Shown here in pieces: positions 31,486-41,402 of a stretch of DNA of 64,000 nucleotides. A program made the position numbers and the translations under genes. Positions within the stretch are counted from its first letter, which is position 1. Each line of letters opens with the position of its first letter. Origin of the DNA: an uncultured delta proteobacterium (lineage in GTDB: Bacteria > Desulfobacterota > Desulfomonilia > UBA1062); the NCBI GenBank assembly GCA_963798485.1, contig CAWCTR010000008.1, forward strand, positions 64,001-128,000, written 5' to 3'. Under the pieces are notes generated by a model. The model did not search any database and had not been told where the DNA came from. It worked only from the letters and a program-made list of their open reading frames with translations.

Positions 31486-32509
31486 TATCGGTAGCTATTT
31501 CTTCAAGGAAGCTGTCCAGTGTCCGCTTGAGGGCCTCATCAAGGCCCACCTTGGGCTCCCATCCGAGCCTTGTTTTGGCATTCTTTATTGAAGGGACCCT
31601 GGTCTGTATGTCCTGGTAGCCGACGCCGTAGAATTCACCTGACGGCTTTATGATGATTTCGGAAAAGGTCTTATCTTTCTTATGGTCCGGGTGCTGCTTG
31701 AACATCTCGAGAAGCTTATGGGCAAGATCCTTGATGGAAAGGTTATTGGCCGGGTTGCCTATGTTGAAGATCTGCTTGCTCGCTTGAGAGCCCTCATTGT
31801 GAAGGATCTTCATGAGTGCGCCGATGCCGTCGTCTATATAGGTGAAGGACCTGCTCTGCATGCCGCCATCCACCAAGGCGATCGGGGTCTTGAAGACCAG
31901 CGATGCTATGAACTGGGTCACCACCCGTGAGGAACCTTCCTTTGCCGTCTCCAGTGAATCCAGCCTCGGGCCGATCCAGTTGAAGGGCCTTATCAAGGTA
32001 AAGTCCAGCTCGTCCCTGCTGCCATAGGCCCAGATGACCCTGTCTAAAAGCTGTTTGGAACAGGAGTAGATCCAGCGCTGCATGGGGATGGGCCCCAGTA
32101 CGAGAGGGGAGCTGTATTCATCAAAGGCCTCATCAGCGCTCATGCCGTATACCTCTGAGGTTGAGGGGAAGATCACCCTCTTGTGGTATTTCACGCACGC
32201 TCGGATGATGCGCAGGTTTTCCTCGAAGTCCAGCTCGAACACGCTCAAGGGACGCTCCACATAGGTCTTGGGGGTGGCAATGGCCACCAGCGGCAGCACC
32301 ACGTCGCATTTCTTGATGTGATATTCGATCCATTCCTTGTTGATGGCGATGTCGCCCTCGATGAAGTGGAACCGCTCGTTGTCGATCACTGCTTTGAGCT
32401 TGTTATCTCCCAGGTCCATGCCGTAGACGTTCCAGTCCGTTTCTCTCATGATCCGCTCGCTTAAATGCGAGCCGATGAACCCGTTCACACCCAATATGAG
32501 TACTTTCAT
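31478..32509 (-). CDS. arnA: UDP-glucuronate oxidase/decarboxylase (stand-alone ArnA C-terminal domain)
   Basis: GVNGFIG, WIEYHIKKCDVVLPLVAIATP, RWIYSCSKQLLDRVI. Confidence 0.92.
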   Translation of the reverse strand: MKVLILGVNGFIGSHLSERIMRETDWNVYGMDLGDNKLKAVIDNERFHFIEGDIAINKEWIEYHIKKCDVVLPLVAIATPKTYVERPLSVFELDFEENLRIIRACVKYHKRVIFPSTSEVYGMSADEAFDEYSSPLVLGPIPMQRWIYSCSKQLLDRVIWAYGSRDELDFTLIRPFNWIGPRLDSLETAKEGSSRVVTQFIASLVFKTPIALVDGGMQSRSFTYIDDGIGALMKILHNEGSQASKQIFNIGNPANNLSIKDLAHKLLEMFKQHPDHKKDKTFSEIIIKPSGEFYGVGYQDIQTRVPSIKNAKTRLGWEPKVGLDEALKRTLDSFLEEIATDNA

Positions 32510-33420
32510 TGCACCAGTTCTCCTTCGTGGTCTTTGAAATATTTCTGCAGGGCTTCCTCCTTGAGTGTCCTGCCGTTCACCTCTATCTCAAGGGGCCTTA
32601 TACATCCGTAGCCGGTGCCGATCAAAACAGTATCTTCGTGAAAAATGATCTTGCCAGGCTCCTTTGTAGCCCCTGCCTCAGGCACGGCCCACCAGAAGGT
32701 GACCATTTCATCACCCACAAACCCAAAGGCGCCGGGGTAGGGCGTTGTAACTGCACGTATGAGGTTATAGATCTCCGAAGCGGGTTTGTCCCAGAATATC
32801 CGGCCGTCTTCCGGCTTCCTGCCCCCATAGTAAGAGCCTTTGGACAGGTCCATGTGCATCTTAGGGATATCTCCCATGATAATACGCGGCAGGATCTCGG
32901 TAAGCATGGCATCGGCGGCCTGTTCGAGTTTGTTAAAGAGGGTAAGCGCAGAATCGTCCGGGGTGATCTCCACCTTCTTCTGGCTTACGATAGCCCCGGC
33001 ATCGGGCTTTTCCACCATCTCGTGCAGCGTAACGCCCGTTTGCTGTTCGCCTTTGATGAGAACCCAGTTCACCGGGCACCGGCCACGGTAGGCGGGCAGA
33101 TATGAGCCGTGGAGGTTATAGGCGCCGAGCCTCGGGATGTTAAGGATCGCGGGTTTGAGCATGTGCCGGTAATAGAAGCTGAAGATGATGTCCGGTTTAG
33201 CCGACTTGATCCGTTCGATCCACCCGTACTGGTTTGGGTCTCTCGGATGGACGCAGTCAATAGCAAGCTCACGGCACAGGTCAGGTACCGAGCCGAACCA
33301 CACATTCTCGCCCGGGTCATCCTCGTGGGAAAAGACCAGGGGGATCTCAAAGCCTGCACGCCCAAGCCTCCTGATGCCGACGAGGCCCATGTTATGGTAG
33401 GCGAAAACCACGGCCCTCAA
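32506..33420 (-). CDS. arnA: UDP-L-Ara4N formyltransferase (stand-alone ArnA N-terminal domain)
   Basis: TTG start overlapping arnC stop; AVVFAYHNMG, FSFYYR, NLHGSYLPAYRGRCPVNW. Confidence 0.88.
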   Translation of the reverse strand: MRAVVFAYHNMGLVGIRRLGRAGFEIPLVFSHEDDPGENVWFGSVPDLCRELAIDCVHPRDPNQYGWIERIKSAKPDIIFSFYYRHMLKPAILNIPRLGAYNLHGSYLPAYRGRCPVNWVLIKGEQQTGVTLHEMVEKPDAGAIVSQKKVEITPDDSALTLFNKLEQAADAMLTEILPRIIMGDIPKMHMDLSKGSYYGGRKPEDGRIFWDKPASEIYNLIRAVTTPYPGAFGFVGDEMVTFWWAVPEAGATKEPGKIIFHEDTVLIGTGYGCIRPLEIEVNGRTLKEEALQKYFKDHEGELVQ

Positions 33421-34346
33421 TGGTATACCTTCCTTATGGTATACGGCGGGCGTTTCTTCACCTCGCGGTAGATCCTGCCCACATATTCGCCCATGACTCC
33501 GAAGGCCAGGAACTGCGCGCCCACAAAGAAGAACAACACGGCAAACAGGGTGAATATGCCTTGCGCCGCCCACTGGGCCCCAAAGGCGAGCCTGGCCACC
33601 GCAAGAAATGTGCCGAAGCCCATGCCGAGGAAGGCCAGGACAATGCCGGTATAGAGCATTGCCTTTAAAGGGAAGTCCGAGAAAGAGGTCACCAGGTCGA
33701 ATTGCAGAGAGATGAGCTTTGAGAGCGAATACTTGGACTCGCCTGCAAACCGTTCTTCGTGCCTCACCTCGATCTCGGCAATGTCCTTGGCGAAGCTGGT
33801 GGCGAGCGCAGGGATGAAGGTCGAATGCTCTTGGCTCGAAAGCATGTAGTCCACTACGTGCCTTTTGTATGCCCGGAGCATGCACCCCCAGTCGGAAAGG
33901 TGCACGCCGGTAATGCGGCGGGTAATGGCATTGACGATCCTGCTGGCCGTCTTCCTGAAAGACGAGTCCTGCCTCATCTTGCGTACCGTTCCCACCACCT
34001 CGTAGTTACCCGTCTCCATCACATCCACCAGGCGCGGTATCTCCTCGGGCGGGTTCTGGAGGTCGGCATCCAGGGTGACCACGATTTCGCCGGTGCTGTT
34101 CTCAAACCCGGCGAATACGGCCGCATGCTGGCCGTAGTTGCGGGAAAGCTCTACGATGATGACGCGATCTGATGCATGGCTTCTCAGGATATCCAGAGAT
34201 CTGTCCTTGCTGCCGTCATCAACGAGGATCACCTCATAATCCCTGTTCATTGCTTCCATGGCCGGCATGAGCCGTTCGAAGAGTTTTGGGAGCACCTGCT
34301 CTTCGTTGTATACCGGTATGACAACCGAGATCCTGGCCTGGTTCAT
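33417..34346 (-). CDS. arnC: undecaprenyl-phosphate Ara4FN transferase (GT2)
   Basis: VVIPVYNEE, VDDGS, RNYGQHAA, DADLQNPPEEIP, two C-terminal TMs. Confidence 0.9.
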   Translation of the reverse strand: MNQARISVVIPVYNEEQVLPKLFERLMPAMEAMNRDYEVILVDDGSKDRSLDILRSHASDRVIIVELSRNYGQHAAVFAGFENSTGEIVVTLDADLQNPPEEIPRLVDVMETGNYEVVGTVRKMRQDSSFRKTASRIVNAITRRITGVHLSDWGCMLRAYKRHVVDYMLSSQEHSTFIPALATSFAKDIAEIEVRHEERFAGESKYSLSKLISLQFDLVTSFSDFPLKAMLYTGIVLAFLGMGFGTFLAVARLAFGAQWAAQGIFTLFAVLFFFVGAQFLAFGVMGEYVGRIYREVKKRPPYTIRKVYH

Positions 34347-35464
34347 GTGAAGGTCTCCTTGAGCGCGGTTATTACCCGGTCAACCTGTGACTCGACCAGA
34401 GAAGGATACAGCGGAATGCTTAAGATCCGTTCCGCTGCCGCCTCGGTCTCAGGCAAGTCCGTCTTCCCGAAGAGTTTTTTGATATATGTCAAGGTGTGGC
34501 ATGCCGGAAAGTGAAGCCCGTAGCCGATATTACGCTCTGCAAGCTCGGCCATGAGTGTCTTCCTGTCAACGGATCGGGCCTTGATCACAAAGAGGTGCCA
34601 GGAATGGACATGGCTGTAGGCAAGCACGCCCGGCAGGTCGAGACCCTTGACCTGGGAGAGGCCGTCAATATAACGCAGTGCTATATGGGTCCGCCCGGCA
34701 TTGATCTCATTGATCTTATTCAACTGCACAATACCGAGCGCCGCCTGCAGGTCGGTCAGGTTGTACTTGAATCCCGGTTCCTCGATGTCATAGGTGGGGT
34801 CTGAGGCCTTGCCGTAGCGCTTCCAGGCATCGCGCTCTATGCCATGGAATTTCAGCAGTTTCAGCTTATCCATCAGTTCCTTCGAGCCACCAGTGACCAT
34901 GCCGCCCTCTGCGGTGGTGATGTTTTTGATGGGGTGGAATGAAAACACGGCAATGTTATGTGCCCCGATATGGGAACCCTTGTAAAAGGTGCCGACGGCA
35001 TGGGCCGCATCCTCGATGATAGGGATCTTTCCGCAGGCCGCAACAATGGCATCCATATCCGCAGGTGCGCCGGCGAAGTGGACGGGGATAACGGCCCTGG
35101 TCTTTTTGGTGATGGCCTTGGCGATATCGTCGGGCTTCACCAGCAGCGTGCCGTAGTCTATATCGACAAACACAGGCTTGGCGCCTGAGAGCACAATCTG
35201 GTTCACCGTGGAGGCAAAGGTCATGGAAGGCGTGATGACCTCGTCGCCCTTGCCGATACCCAATGCCTTGAGCAGCAGGTGCATGCCGGCAGTGCCCGAG
35301 CTCAGTGCCAGGGCATGGCTGGAGCCGGTGTACCGTGCAAAGTCCTCTTCAAACCGGGCGCATTTGGGTCCGGTGGTTATCCAGCCGGACTTTATGACCT
35401 CGGTGACTGCATCGACTTCTTCGGTACCGAAGTACGGTTTGCTCATAGGTATGAATTCATCCAT
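34343..35464 (-). CDS. arnB: UDP-4-keto-arabinose aminotransferase (DegT family)
   Basis: SGWITTGPK, IEDAAHA, FSFHPIKNITTAEGG. Confidence 0.9.
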   Translation of the reverse strand: MDEFIPMSKPYFGTEEVDAVTEVIKSGWITTGPKCARFEEDFARYTGSSHALALSSGTAGMHLLLKALGIGKGDEVITPSMTFASTVNQIVLSGAKPVFVDIDYGTLLVKPDDIAKAITKKTRAVIPVHFAGAPADMDAIVAACGKIPIIEDAAHAVGTFYKGSHIGAHNIAVFSFHPIKNITTAEGGMVTGGSKELMDKLKLLKFHGIERDAWKRYGKASDPTYDIEEPGFKYNLTDLQAALGIVQLNKINEINAGRTHIALRYIDGLSQVKGLDLPGVLAYSHVHSWHLFVIKARSVDRKTLMAELAERNIGYGLHFPACHTLTYIKKLFGKTDLPETEAAAERILSIPLYPSLVESQVDRVITALKETFT

Positions 35465-35466
35465 CG

Positions 35467-37119
35467 TTAGTGGACCCCTTTCGATGGTGATGGTTTTGAG
35501 AGGAGCCAGAGCTCGGTGAGTCTCATTGTTTCCTTATCGGTAAGTTTGGGCATCAGGCCGCTCCATGCCGGGATATGTATGGCATCCGTCATCTTGTTAT
35601 CAATATGTAAAAGCATATGGCCGGTCGATTCCAGTAAATGTCCCAGTTCAATATCATTCTTCCTTGGCAGGAACAAGACATACCGGGTTTTGCCTGTTGA
35701 GACAAGATCAAGGAACTGTTTTCGATCAGTCACGTTCTCTATGGGGAATCCGCCATAGAAGGAACTCAGGGCCAGCGCGGTCTCGGTCAGGTCATACCCG
35801 ATTATATCGGCCTTGCCCACTGCCTTTCCGGCTTCCGAGAAAAACCCTTTGTAGCTCTTGATTGTGTCCACCTGGGGAAATAAAACGATTGACCAGGCGA
35901 TGATCAGGATTGCCCAGCCGCATATGATCCGCTCGGGTATGGTGAAGGCCAGGGTCTTGAATAGAAACCACTGGAGTGCAATGGACAGAACACATATGGC
36001 CGCGGCTGCCGGCAATGACCCTCCGATTATCATATAAATTATAGGAAGGCCAAGGCCTGCAAGCCCCACCAGGGTGGCAATAAACCTCAGCCAGCGCTTC
36101 TCCCACTGTGAGGCGGCCCCCTGTGCAGCCCTCTCCGCCCAGACAGTGATTATTACTGCCATGGCAGGGTACATGGGGAAGAAGTAGATGTTGCGTTTTG
36201 TGGAGGCAAGGCTCAGGAGAAGCAGCCCGCCAAAGAACCAGCAGTAAAAGAACCGCAACCTTTCATCGGGTTTTTTCAGGAAGACGAGTGCCGGGATGAG
36301 GATGAAAGACCATGGCATTCCCTCGGAAAAGAGAACAGGGATATAGTGATAGAAGGGCATCACATGGCCCCCCTGGTATATACCCACATTGAGAAATCTC
36401 CCGAGGTTGTTGTACCAGAAGAAGGTAGAGAGGAACTCCCTGCCGCCGCGCAAATACAGGATTCCGCCCCAGGCGCCGAGGGTGGCGGCCAAGAGGATTA
36501 TCCCTGGTATCACCCATGCCCTTTTGATGATTGTGAAGTCTTTCTGCCAGAGCACAAACAGGAAGACAGCGATTCCGGGGATGGCAAGCCCGATGATGCC
36601 CTTGGTGAGAAAGGCGCCTGCCAGGCACAGCCAGAAGATGGGGTAACCCTGCTTAAAGGTTCCCCGGTAGGCCAGGAGGAACGCAAAAAGCGCTGTCGTG
36701 ATGAAGAAGCCAAGGGCATTATCGACGATCATCTTATGCGTTATCATGAAGAACCCTGCCGTAGAGGCGAGCATAAGCGATGCCGGGGTTGCCGACTTGT
36801 TATCGTAGAGGGATCGCATCCCGAAGAATACCACCATCAGCGTGCCCAGGGCAAAGAAGACGGAAGAGAGCCTGCCGAAACCCTCGTTGCCGGTGCCGAA
36901 GATCTTCCACAAGAGACCGGTCAGTGCATAATATACAGGTGGCTGCTCAAGAAATGGCTCTTTCCCGAGATGGCAGATGAGGTAATCCCCTGTTATCGCC
37001 ATTGTTCGTGAGATGTCTGCAACGCGTGGCTCATCTGGCGTCCACAGCGAATGGTCGAAGATGCCCACAAATAACAGGGTAAGTGCCAGTATCAGTAAGA
37101 GAAAGTCTTTTTTCTGCAT
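35467..37119 (-). CDS. arnT: ArnT-family (GT39/83) glycosyltransferase
   Basis: LWTPDEPR, EQPPVYY, FLTKG; polytopic membrane protein heading the arn operon. Confidence 0.8.
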   Translation of the reverse strand: MQKKDFLLLILALTLLFVGIFDHSLWTPDEPRVADISRTMAITGDYLICHLGKEPFLEQPPVYYALTGLLWKIFGTGNEGFGRLSSVFFALGTLMVVFFGMRSLYDNKSATPASLMLASTAGFFMITHKMIVDNALGFFITTALFAFLLAYRGTFKQGYPIFWLCLAGAFLTKGIIGLAIPGIAVFLFVLWQKDFTIIKRAWVIPGIILLAATLGAWGGILYLRGGREFLSTFFWYNNLGRFLNVGIYQGGHVMPFYHYIPVLFSEGMPWSFILIPALVFLKKPDERLRFFYCWFFGGLLLLSLASTKRNIYFFPMYPAMAVIITVWAERAAQGAASQWEKRWLRFIATLVGLAGLGLPIIYMIIGGSLPAAAAICVLSIALQWFLFKTLAFTIPERIICGWAILIIAWSIVLFPQVDTIKSYKGFFSEAGKAVGKADIIGYDLTETALALSSFYGGFPIENVTDRKQFLDLVSTGKTRYVLFLPRKNDIELGHLLESTGHMLLHIDNKMTDAIHIPAWSGLMPKLTDKETMRLTELWLLSKPSPSKGVH

Positions 37120-37265
37120 AGCGATATGATCACAATCGTCCCCATCATAAGAAGGATCTCTGGAAATAACAAGCCCATTTCAAGGGACCGAAGAACTCTC
37201 CGGACCTTGGGTTGGATGCCTTGCGGCTTTTCATAAGGGCTATATTATTATAAAGAGATGGAACC

Positions 37266-38870
37266 ATGAGATGTGATCGTGAGAGATTTTTAAAAGGGGC
37301 ACTAATAGCCGGTTGTGCGGTCATGTTCCTCAGCCTGTGCCCCCGTGCCCTGTGGGACCCTGATGAAGGCAGGTATGCAGAGATGGCCCGGGAGATCCTC
37401 GTGCTTCATGACTGGGTCACCCCCCACCTGGATTATCTGCACTATTTCGAGAAACCCATGATGTTCATGTGGCTTGAGGCCATCAGCTTCAAGGTGCTCG
37501 GGGTCTCCGAGTGGGCGGCACGGCTGGTTTCCCTCATGGAGGCCCTGGGCGGAGTATTTCTCGTCGGCCTTATGGCCAAAAAGTTGTGGGGAATAAGGGC
37601 AGGTATCATAGCATCGTTATGCCTCATAACCTCTGTTGAATATTTTGTCCTGGCAGGCGCTGTGGATATCAACATGACGTTGACCCTGTTCATCACTGCC
37701 GCCTTTGTGTTCTTCTGGCTTGGTCATACAGAGGCAACGGCCGGGTACTTCTATCTCTTCTGGGCGTCCATGGCGTGCGCCACCCTCACCAAGGGGCCCA
37801 TCGGAGTCATCCTGCCCGTGGGTGCCATCGGGATCTACATCCTCTTGACCAGGCAGTTTAAACTCATCAAACAGTCGAGGCCGGTAACAGGAATCCTGCT
37901 GTACCTTGCCCTGACGCTGCCCTGGTTCATCCTTGTGAGCATGAGGAATCCCGATTTCTTTTCATTCTTTTTCATAAACCAGAATATTCAGAGATATGCC
38001 ATATCGGAAGAGCGATACCAGCCGTTCTATTACTTTTTCCTGATAATCATAGTCGGGTTTCTGCCGTGGACAGGCCTGCTCCCAACAGTGGTGAAAGAGA
38101 CATGGATGCACAGGATGTCACGGGAAATCATCTATATTGCCCTCTGGTTCGGATTCATCTTCGCCTTCTTTACACCGTCACATTCCAAACTCGCCACCTA
38201 TGTGCTTCCGTGCTTTCCGCCCCTGGCGCTTCTCTTGGCATATGCAGTTCATAGAGCACCGACCAATGCGCGGATGCCGCTCATCGCAACAGGTTTCTTC
38301 TGGTGTCTCGCAGGAATCGTCCTGGTCATGTCCCCATTTATGCCTATTCATGGGTTGATGAGTTTATCCGGAAGTGGAATTGAGCCGGTCATGCACGATG
38401 GACTGCTCATCGGGGGGGGCGTCATCATAGGGGTTGTTTCGGGCATGCTCTTCGGATTGAAATACGACAATGTTGCAGGCATAGGCATCATAGGGGCAAC
38501 TATAATGATTATAGCCCTGATATTCTCGCCGCTATGGGATGATATGCAATCGACCAAGACCCTGGTTAAGGATATGCCGCACCAGGCAAGGCTTTATACC
38601 TACAAGGACTATTACCCGAGCTCGAGCTTTTACACACAGGGCAACGTTGTGCTTGTAGATTACTCAGGTGAGCTGGATTTCGGTGTCAGGCACAGCATAT
38701 CTCAAGGGGTCGTGCTCACGGTCGATGAGCTGGCAAGGCTCATGAAGACAGACAAGGATACCTATTGCCTGAGCACGATGAAACGTCTCCCCGCACTTCG
38801 CGCAAGAATCCCGAATTTAATCGTAGTGAGGCAAACGGGCGGTATGTGCCTTTTGAATATACCCAGATGA
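37266..38870 (+). CDS. arnT: second ArnT-family glycosyltransferase
   Basis: LWDPDEGRYAEMAREI, YFEKP, LTKG, SKLATYVLP. Confidence 0.85.
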   Translation: MRCDRERFLKGALIAGCAVMFLSLCPRALWDPDEGRYAEMAREILVLHDWVTPHLDYLHYFEKPMMFMWLEAISFKVLGVSEWAARLVSLMEALGGVFLVGLMAKKLWGIRAGIIASLCLITSVEYFVLAGAVDINMTLTLFITAAFVFFWLGHTEATAGYFYLFWASMACATLTKGPIGVILPVGAIGIYILLTRQFKLIKQSRPVTGILLYLALTLPWFILVSMRNPDFFSFFFINQNIQRYAISEERYQPFYYFFLIIIVGFLPWTGLLPTVVKETWMHRMSREIIYIALWFGFIFAFFTPSHSKLATYVLPCFPPLALLLAYAVHRAPTNARMPLIATGFFWCLAGIVLVMSPFMPIHGLMSLSGSGIEPVMHDGLLIGGGVIIGVVSGMLFGLKYDNVAGIGIIGATIMIIALIFSPLWDDMQSTKTLVKDMPHQARLYTYKDYYPSSSFYTQGNVVLVDYSGELDFGVRHSISQGVVLTVDELARLMKTDKDTYCLSTMKRLPALRARIPNLIVVRQTGGMCLLNIPR

Positions 38871-38926
38871 AGTTTATCTGGTGAGGCAGAAGGCTTGCCG
38901 TCAAGGATAACAAAGAATATCAATAA

Positions 38927-39373
38927 TTAAGAGATATCCAGGGCAACCCTGATCTTGAAGACCTTGCTGGCGGGTAGGTCCAGGATCTTGATATCGAGGG
39001 CCTGCTCTATTTCACGAATGATCTCTTTAAGGCGCTCTTTGCTCGGGGCGATGAGGGTGAACCAGCAGTTGGGCTGGCCATCTCTTAAGTAGTTATGTGT
39101 AACCTCTTCATACCTGCCTACGAAGGCAGCAAACTCTTCAAGGCGCTCCATGGGGACATCAACGGCGCATAGTGTCGAATGCCAGCCGATGCCCCTGGGA
39201 TGAATGACAGCCCCGATCCTTCGGATGATGCGCCCGGCCTTCAGTTTCTTTATGCGGTCAATGGTTTCTTCCTCTGAGATGCCCACTGACCGGGCAACGA
39301 GCTGGAACGGCCGTTCTGCAATTGGAAGCGTATTATTGATGATACTGAGGATCTTGCGGTCAATCGTGTCCAT
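38927..39373 (-). CDS. ahbA: siroheme decarboxylase subunit (AhbA/NirD, Lrp/AsnC-like)
   Basis: DRKIL...LPIAERPF, IIRRIG, STLCA, VTHNYLR, NCWFT. Confidence 0.8.
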   Translation of the reverse strand: MDTIDRKILSIINNTLPIAERPFQLVARSVGISEEETIDRIKKLKAGRIIRRIGAVIHPRGIGWHSTLCAVDVPMERLEEFAAFVGRYEEVTHNYLRDGQPNCWFTLIAPSKERLKEIIREIEQALDIKILDLPASKVFKIRVALDIS

Positions 39374-39381
39374 ATGATCTA

Positions 39382-40371
39382 TTATCCATGGTACCAGCAT
39401 ATGGAGTCGACCTCCATGGCGTCGCCATGGACCTCATAGGCCCTGGCCCGGCAGCCACCGCAGACCGTGACAAATCTGCACGTGCCGCACTTTCCTTTCA
39501 GATTGCCCTCATCCCTTAACTGCATGAGCATGTGCGATTCGGCCCAGATGCCGGCAATAGGCTGTTTGCGGATGTTGCCGCAGTCGATCTGGAGGAACCC
39601 GCAGGGCTGCACCGTACCGGTGGCTGAGACAAAACCGAAGCCGGTGCCTGCCAGGCAGCCCTTGGTGGGGCTTGATCCTTCCTTTTCTGCGAGCATGCGG
39701 TAGTATTGGGGGGCGCAGGTGGCCTTGCATTCTATCTCAGCGCCCTTGGAGACGGCATGGAAGTCTTCAAGCATCTCGCGATACTGCCTGATCCTGGCTG
39801 CTTCAACGTTTTCGCCCCTGCCTGTGGGCACAAGGAAAAACACATGCCAGGCCATGACACGTAAGGACTTCAGGAAGCCGGGGAATTGCCTCATCTGGGA
39901 TATGTTTATGGCGGCTACGGTGGTGTTCACCTGTACGGGGACCCCGTTTTCAACGAGAATCCTGATGCCGGACAATGCCATATCAAAGGCCCCGGATAGC
40001 CCCCGGAAGGTGTCATGGATGTCGCTTGTCACGCCGTCGAGGCTCACGGAGACCCGGGCAATGCCCGATTCCTTCATTTTCAAGGCGACCAGCGGTGTCA
40101 CCAGGGAGCCATTGGTGGCCAGCGTCATGCGAAGGCCCAGGGAGGTTCCGTATGAGGCAAGCTCGAACACATCGTGGCGGGCAAGGGCCTCGCCGCCCGA
40201 GAGGATCACAAGCCGGGTGCCTCCTTTGGAAAGATCGTTCAGCAGGGCAAACCCTTCATCGGTTGTAAGCTCATCAGGGCCGGGTATATTTGTAGCCGAG
40301 GCCCTGCAGTGCATGCAGTTCAGATTGCATGCCTTGGTGAGCTCCCAGGCAAGGATGTTCGGCAGTTTCAT
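39382..40371 (-). CDS. ahbD: radical SAM/SPASM heme b synthase (AhbD-like)
   Basis: AWELTKACNLNCMHCRA, ATCAPQYYR, SPASM CxxCxxxxxCGGCRARA. Confidence 0.78.
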   Translation of the reverse strand: MKLPNILAWELTKACNLNCMHCRASATNIPGPDELTTDEGFALLNDLSKGGTRLVILSGGEALARHDVFELASYGTSLGLRMTLATNGSLVTPLVALKMKESGIARVSVSLDGVTSDIHDTFRGLSGAFDMALSGIRILVENGVPVQVNTTVAAINISQMRQFPGFLKSLRVMAWHVFFLVPTGRGENVEAARIRQYREMLEDFHAVSKGAEIECKATCAPQYYRMLAEKEGSSPTKGCLAGTGFGFVSATGTVQPCGFLQIDCGNIRKQPIAGIWAESHMLMQLRDEGNLKGKCGTCRFVTVCGGCRARAYEVHGDAMEVDSICWYHG

Positions 40372-41339
40372 GCGAGCAGCTCGGCCAGCCTCGGTGCAAA
40401 GTAGGTGATGATAATATCCGCGCCTGCACGCTTGATGGAGGTGGCTGACTCCAGTATGCACGCGTCTTCACTCAGCCAGCCACGCTCGCAGGCGGCCTTG
40501 ATCATGGAGTACTCGCCCGAGACCTGGTATGCCCCCAAGGGGCAGTCGAATTCGTCGGCAACAAGGCGGATGACATCCAGATAGGGCAGCGCCGGCTTTA
40601 CCATGAGCATGTCCGCGCCCTCCTCGATATCGTATGCCGCCTCGCGCATGGCCTCGCGCACATTGGCCGGGTCCATCTGGTAGCCCTTCCTGTCGCCGAA
40701 AGAGGGATTCGACCCGGCCGCCTCACGGAAGGGGCCGTAGAAACACGAGGCATATTTCACGGCATAGCTCAGGATGGGGAGGTGTTCATAGCCGTTTTCA
40801 TCGAGCGATTCGCGGATCATGCCCACGCGGCCGTCCATCATGTCGGACGGCGCGATGATGTCTGCGCCTGCCTTGGCATGCGAGAGCGCCACGGTAGAAA
40901 GCAGTTCCAGTGTGTCGTCATTGCTTACCTGCCCGGCGTCATCCAGGATGCCGCAATGGCCGTGGTCCGTGTACTCGCACAGGCACACATCCGTTATGAC
41001 CATGATTTCCGGGGCCGCATCCTTGATGCGCCTTATGGCCTGCTGGACCACCCCGTCTTTATGATGTGCCGAGGTGCCGGTAGGGTCTTTCTTTTTCGGT
41101 ATGCCGAAGAGCAGGATTGCCGGGATCCTCTGTGAGGAGATCTGTTTGGCCAGCTTGGGCAATAGGTCAGGGGAATACCGGAACTGGCCGGGCATGGCGT
41201 CGATGGGCTCTTTCAGAGAAGAGCCTTCCTTTATGAAGAGCGGGTAGACGAGGTTATCCACATGGACACGCGTCTCCCTGACCATCCTCCTGAGCGTATC
41301 CGTGCGCCGAAGCCTGCGGGGTCTGTTTTCTGGGAACAT
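40368..41339 (-). CDS. hemB: porphobilinogen synthase
   Basis: DVCLCEYTDHGHCG, MVKPAL, AYQVSGEY. Confidence 0.97.
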   Translation of the reverse strand: MFPENRPRRLRRTDTLRRMVRETRVHVDNLVYPLFIKEGSSLKEPIDAMPGQFRYSPDLLPKLAKQISSQRIPAILLFGIPKKKDPTGTSAHHKDGVVQQAIRRIKDAAPEIMVITDVCLCEYTDHGHCGILDDAGQVSNDDTLELLSTVALSHAKAGADIIAPSDMMDGRVGMIRESLDENGYEHLPILSYAVKYASCFYGPFREAAGSNPSFGDRKGYQMDPANVREAMREAAYDIEEGADMLMVKPALPYLDVIRLVADEFDCPLGAYQVSGEYSMIKAACERGWLSEDACILESATSIKRAGADIIITYFAPRLAELLA

Positions 41340-41402
41340 GCCAATCCTCCGGGTATGGTAAGAATGTTTAAGTTATATATCGTTATGCTTAAAGGATGCA
41401 AG

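Noticed and set aside
33421-33885. N-terminal extension of the formyltransferase ORF
   Set aside because: Shadow frame within arnC; homology starts at TTG 33420.
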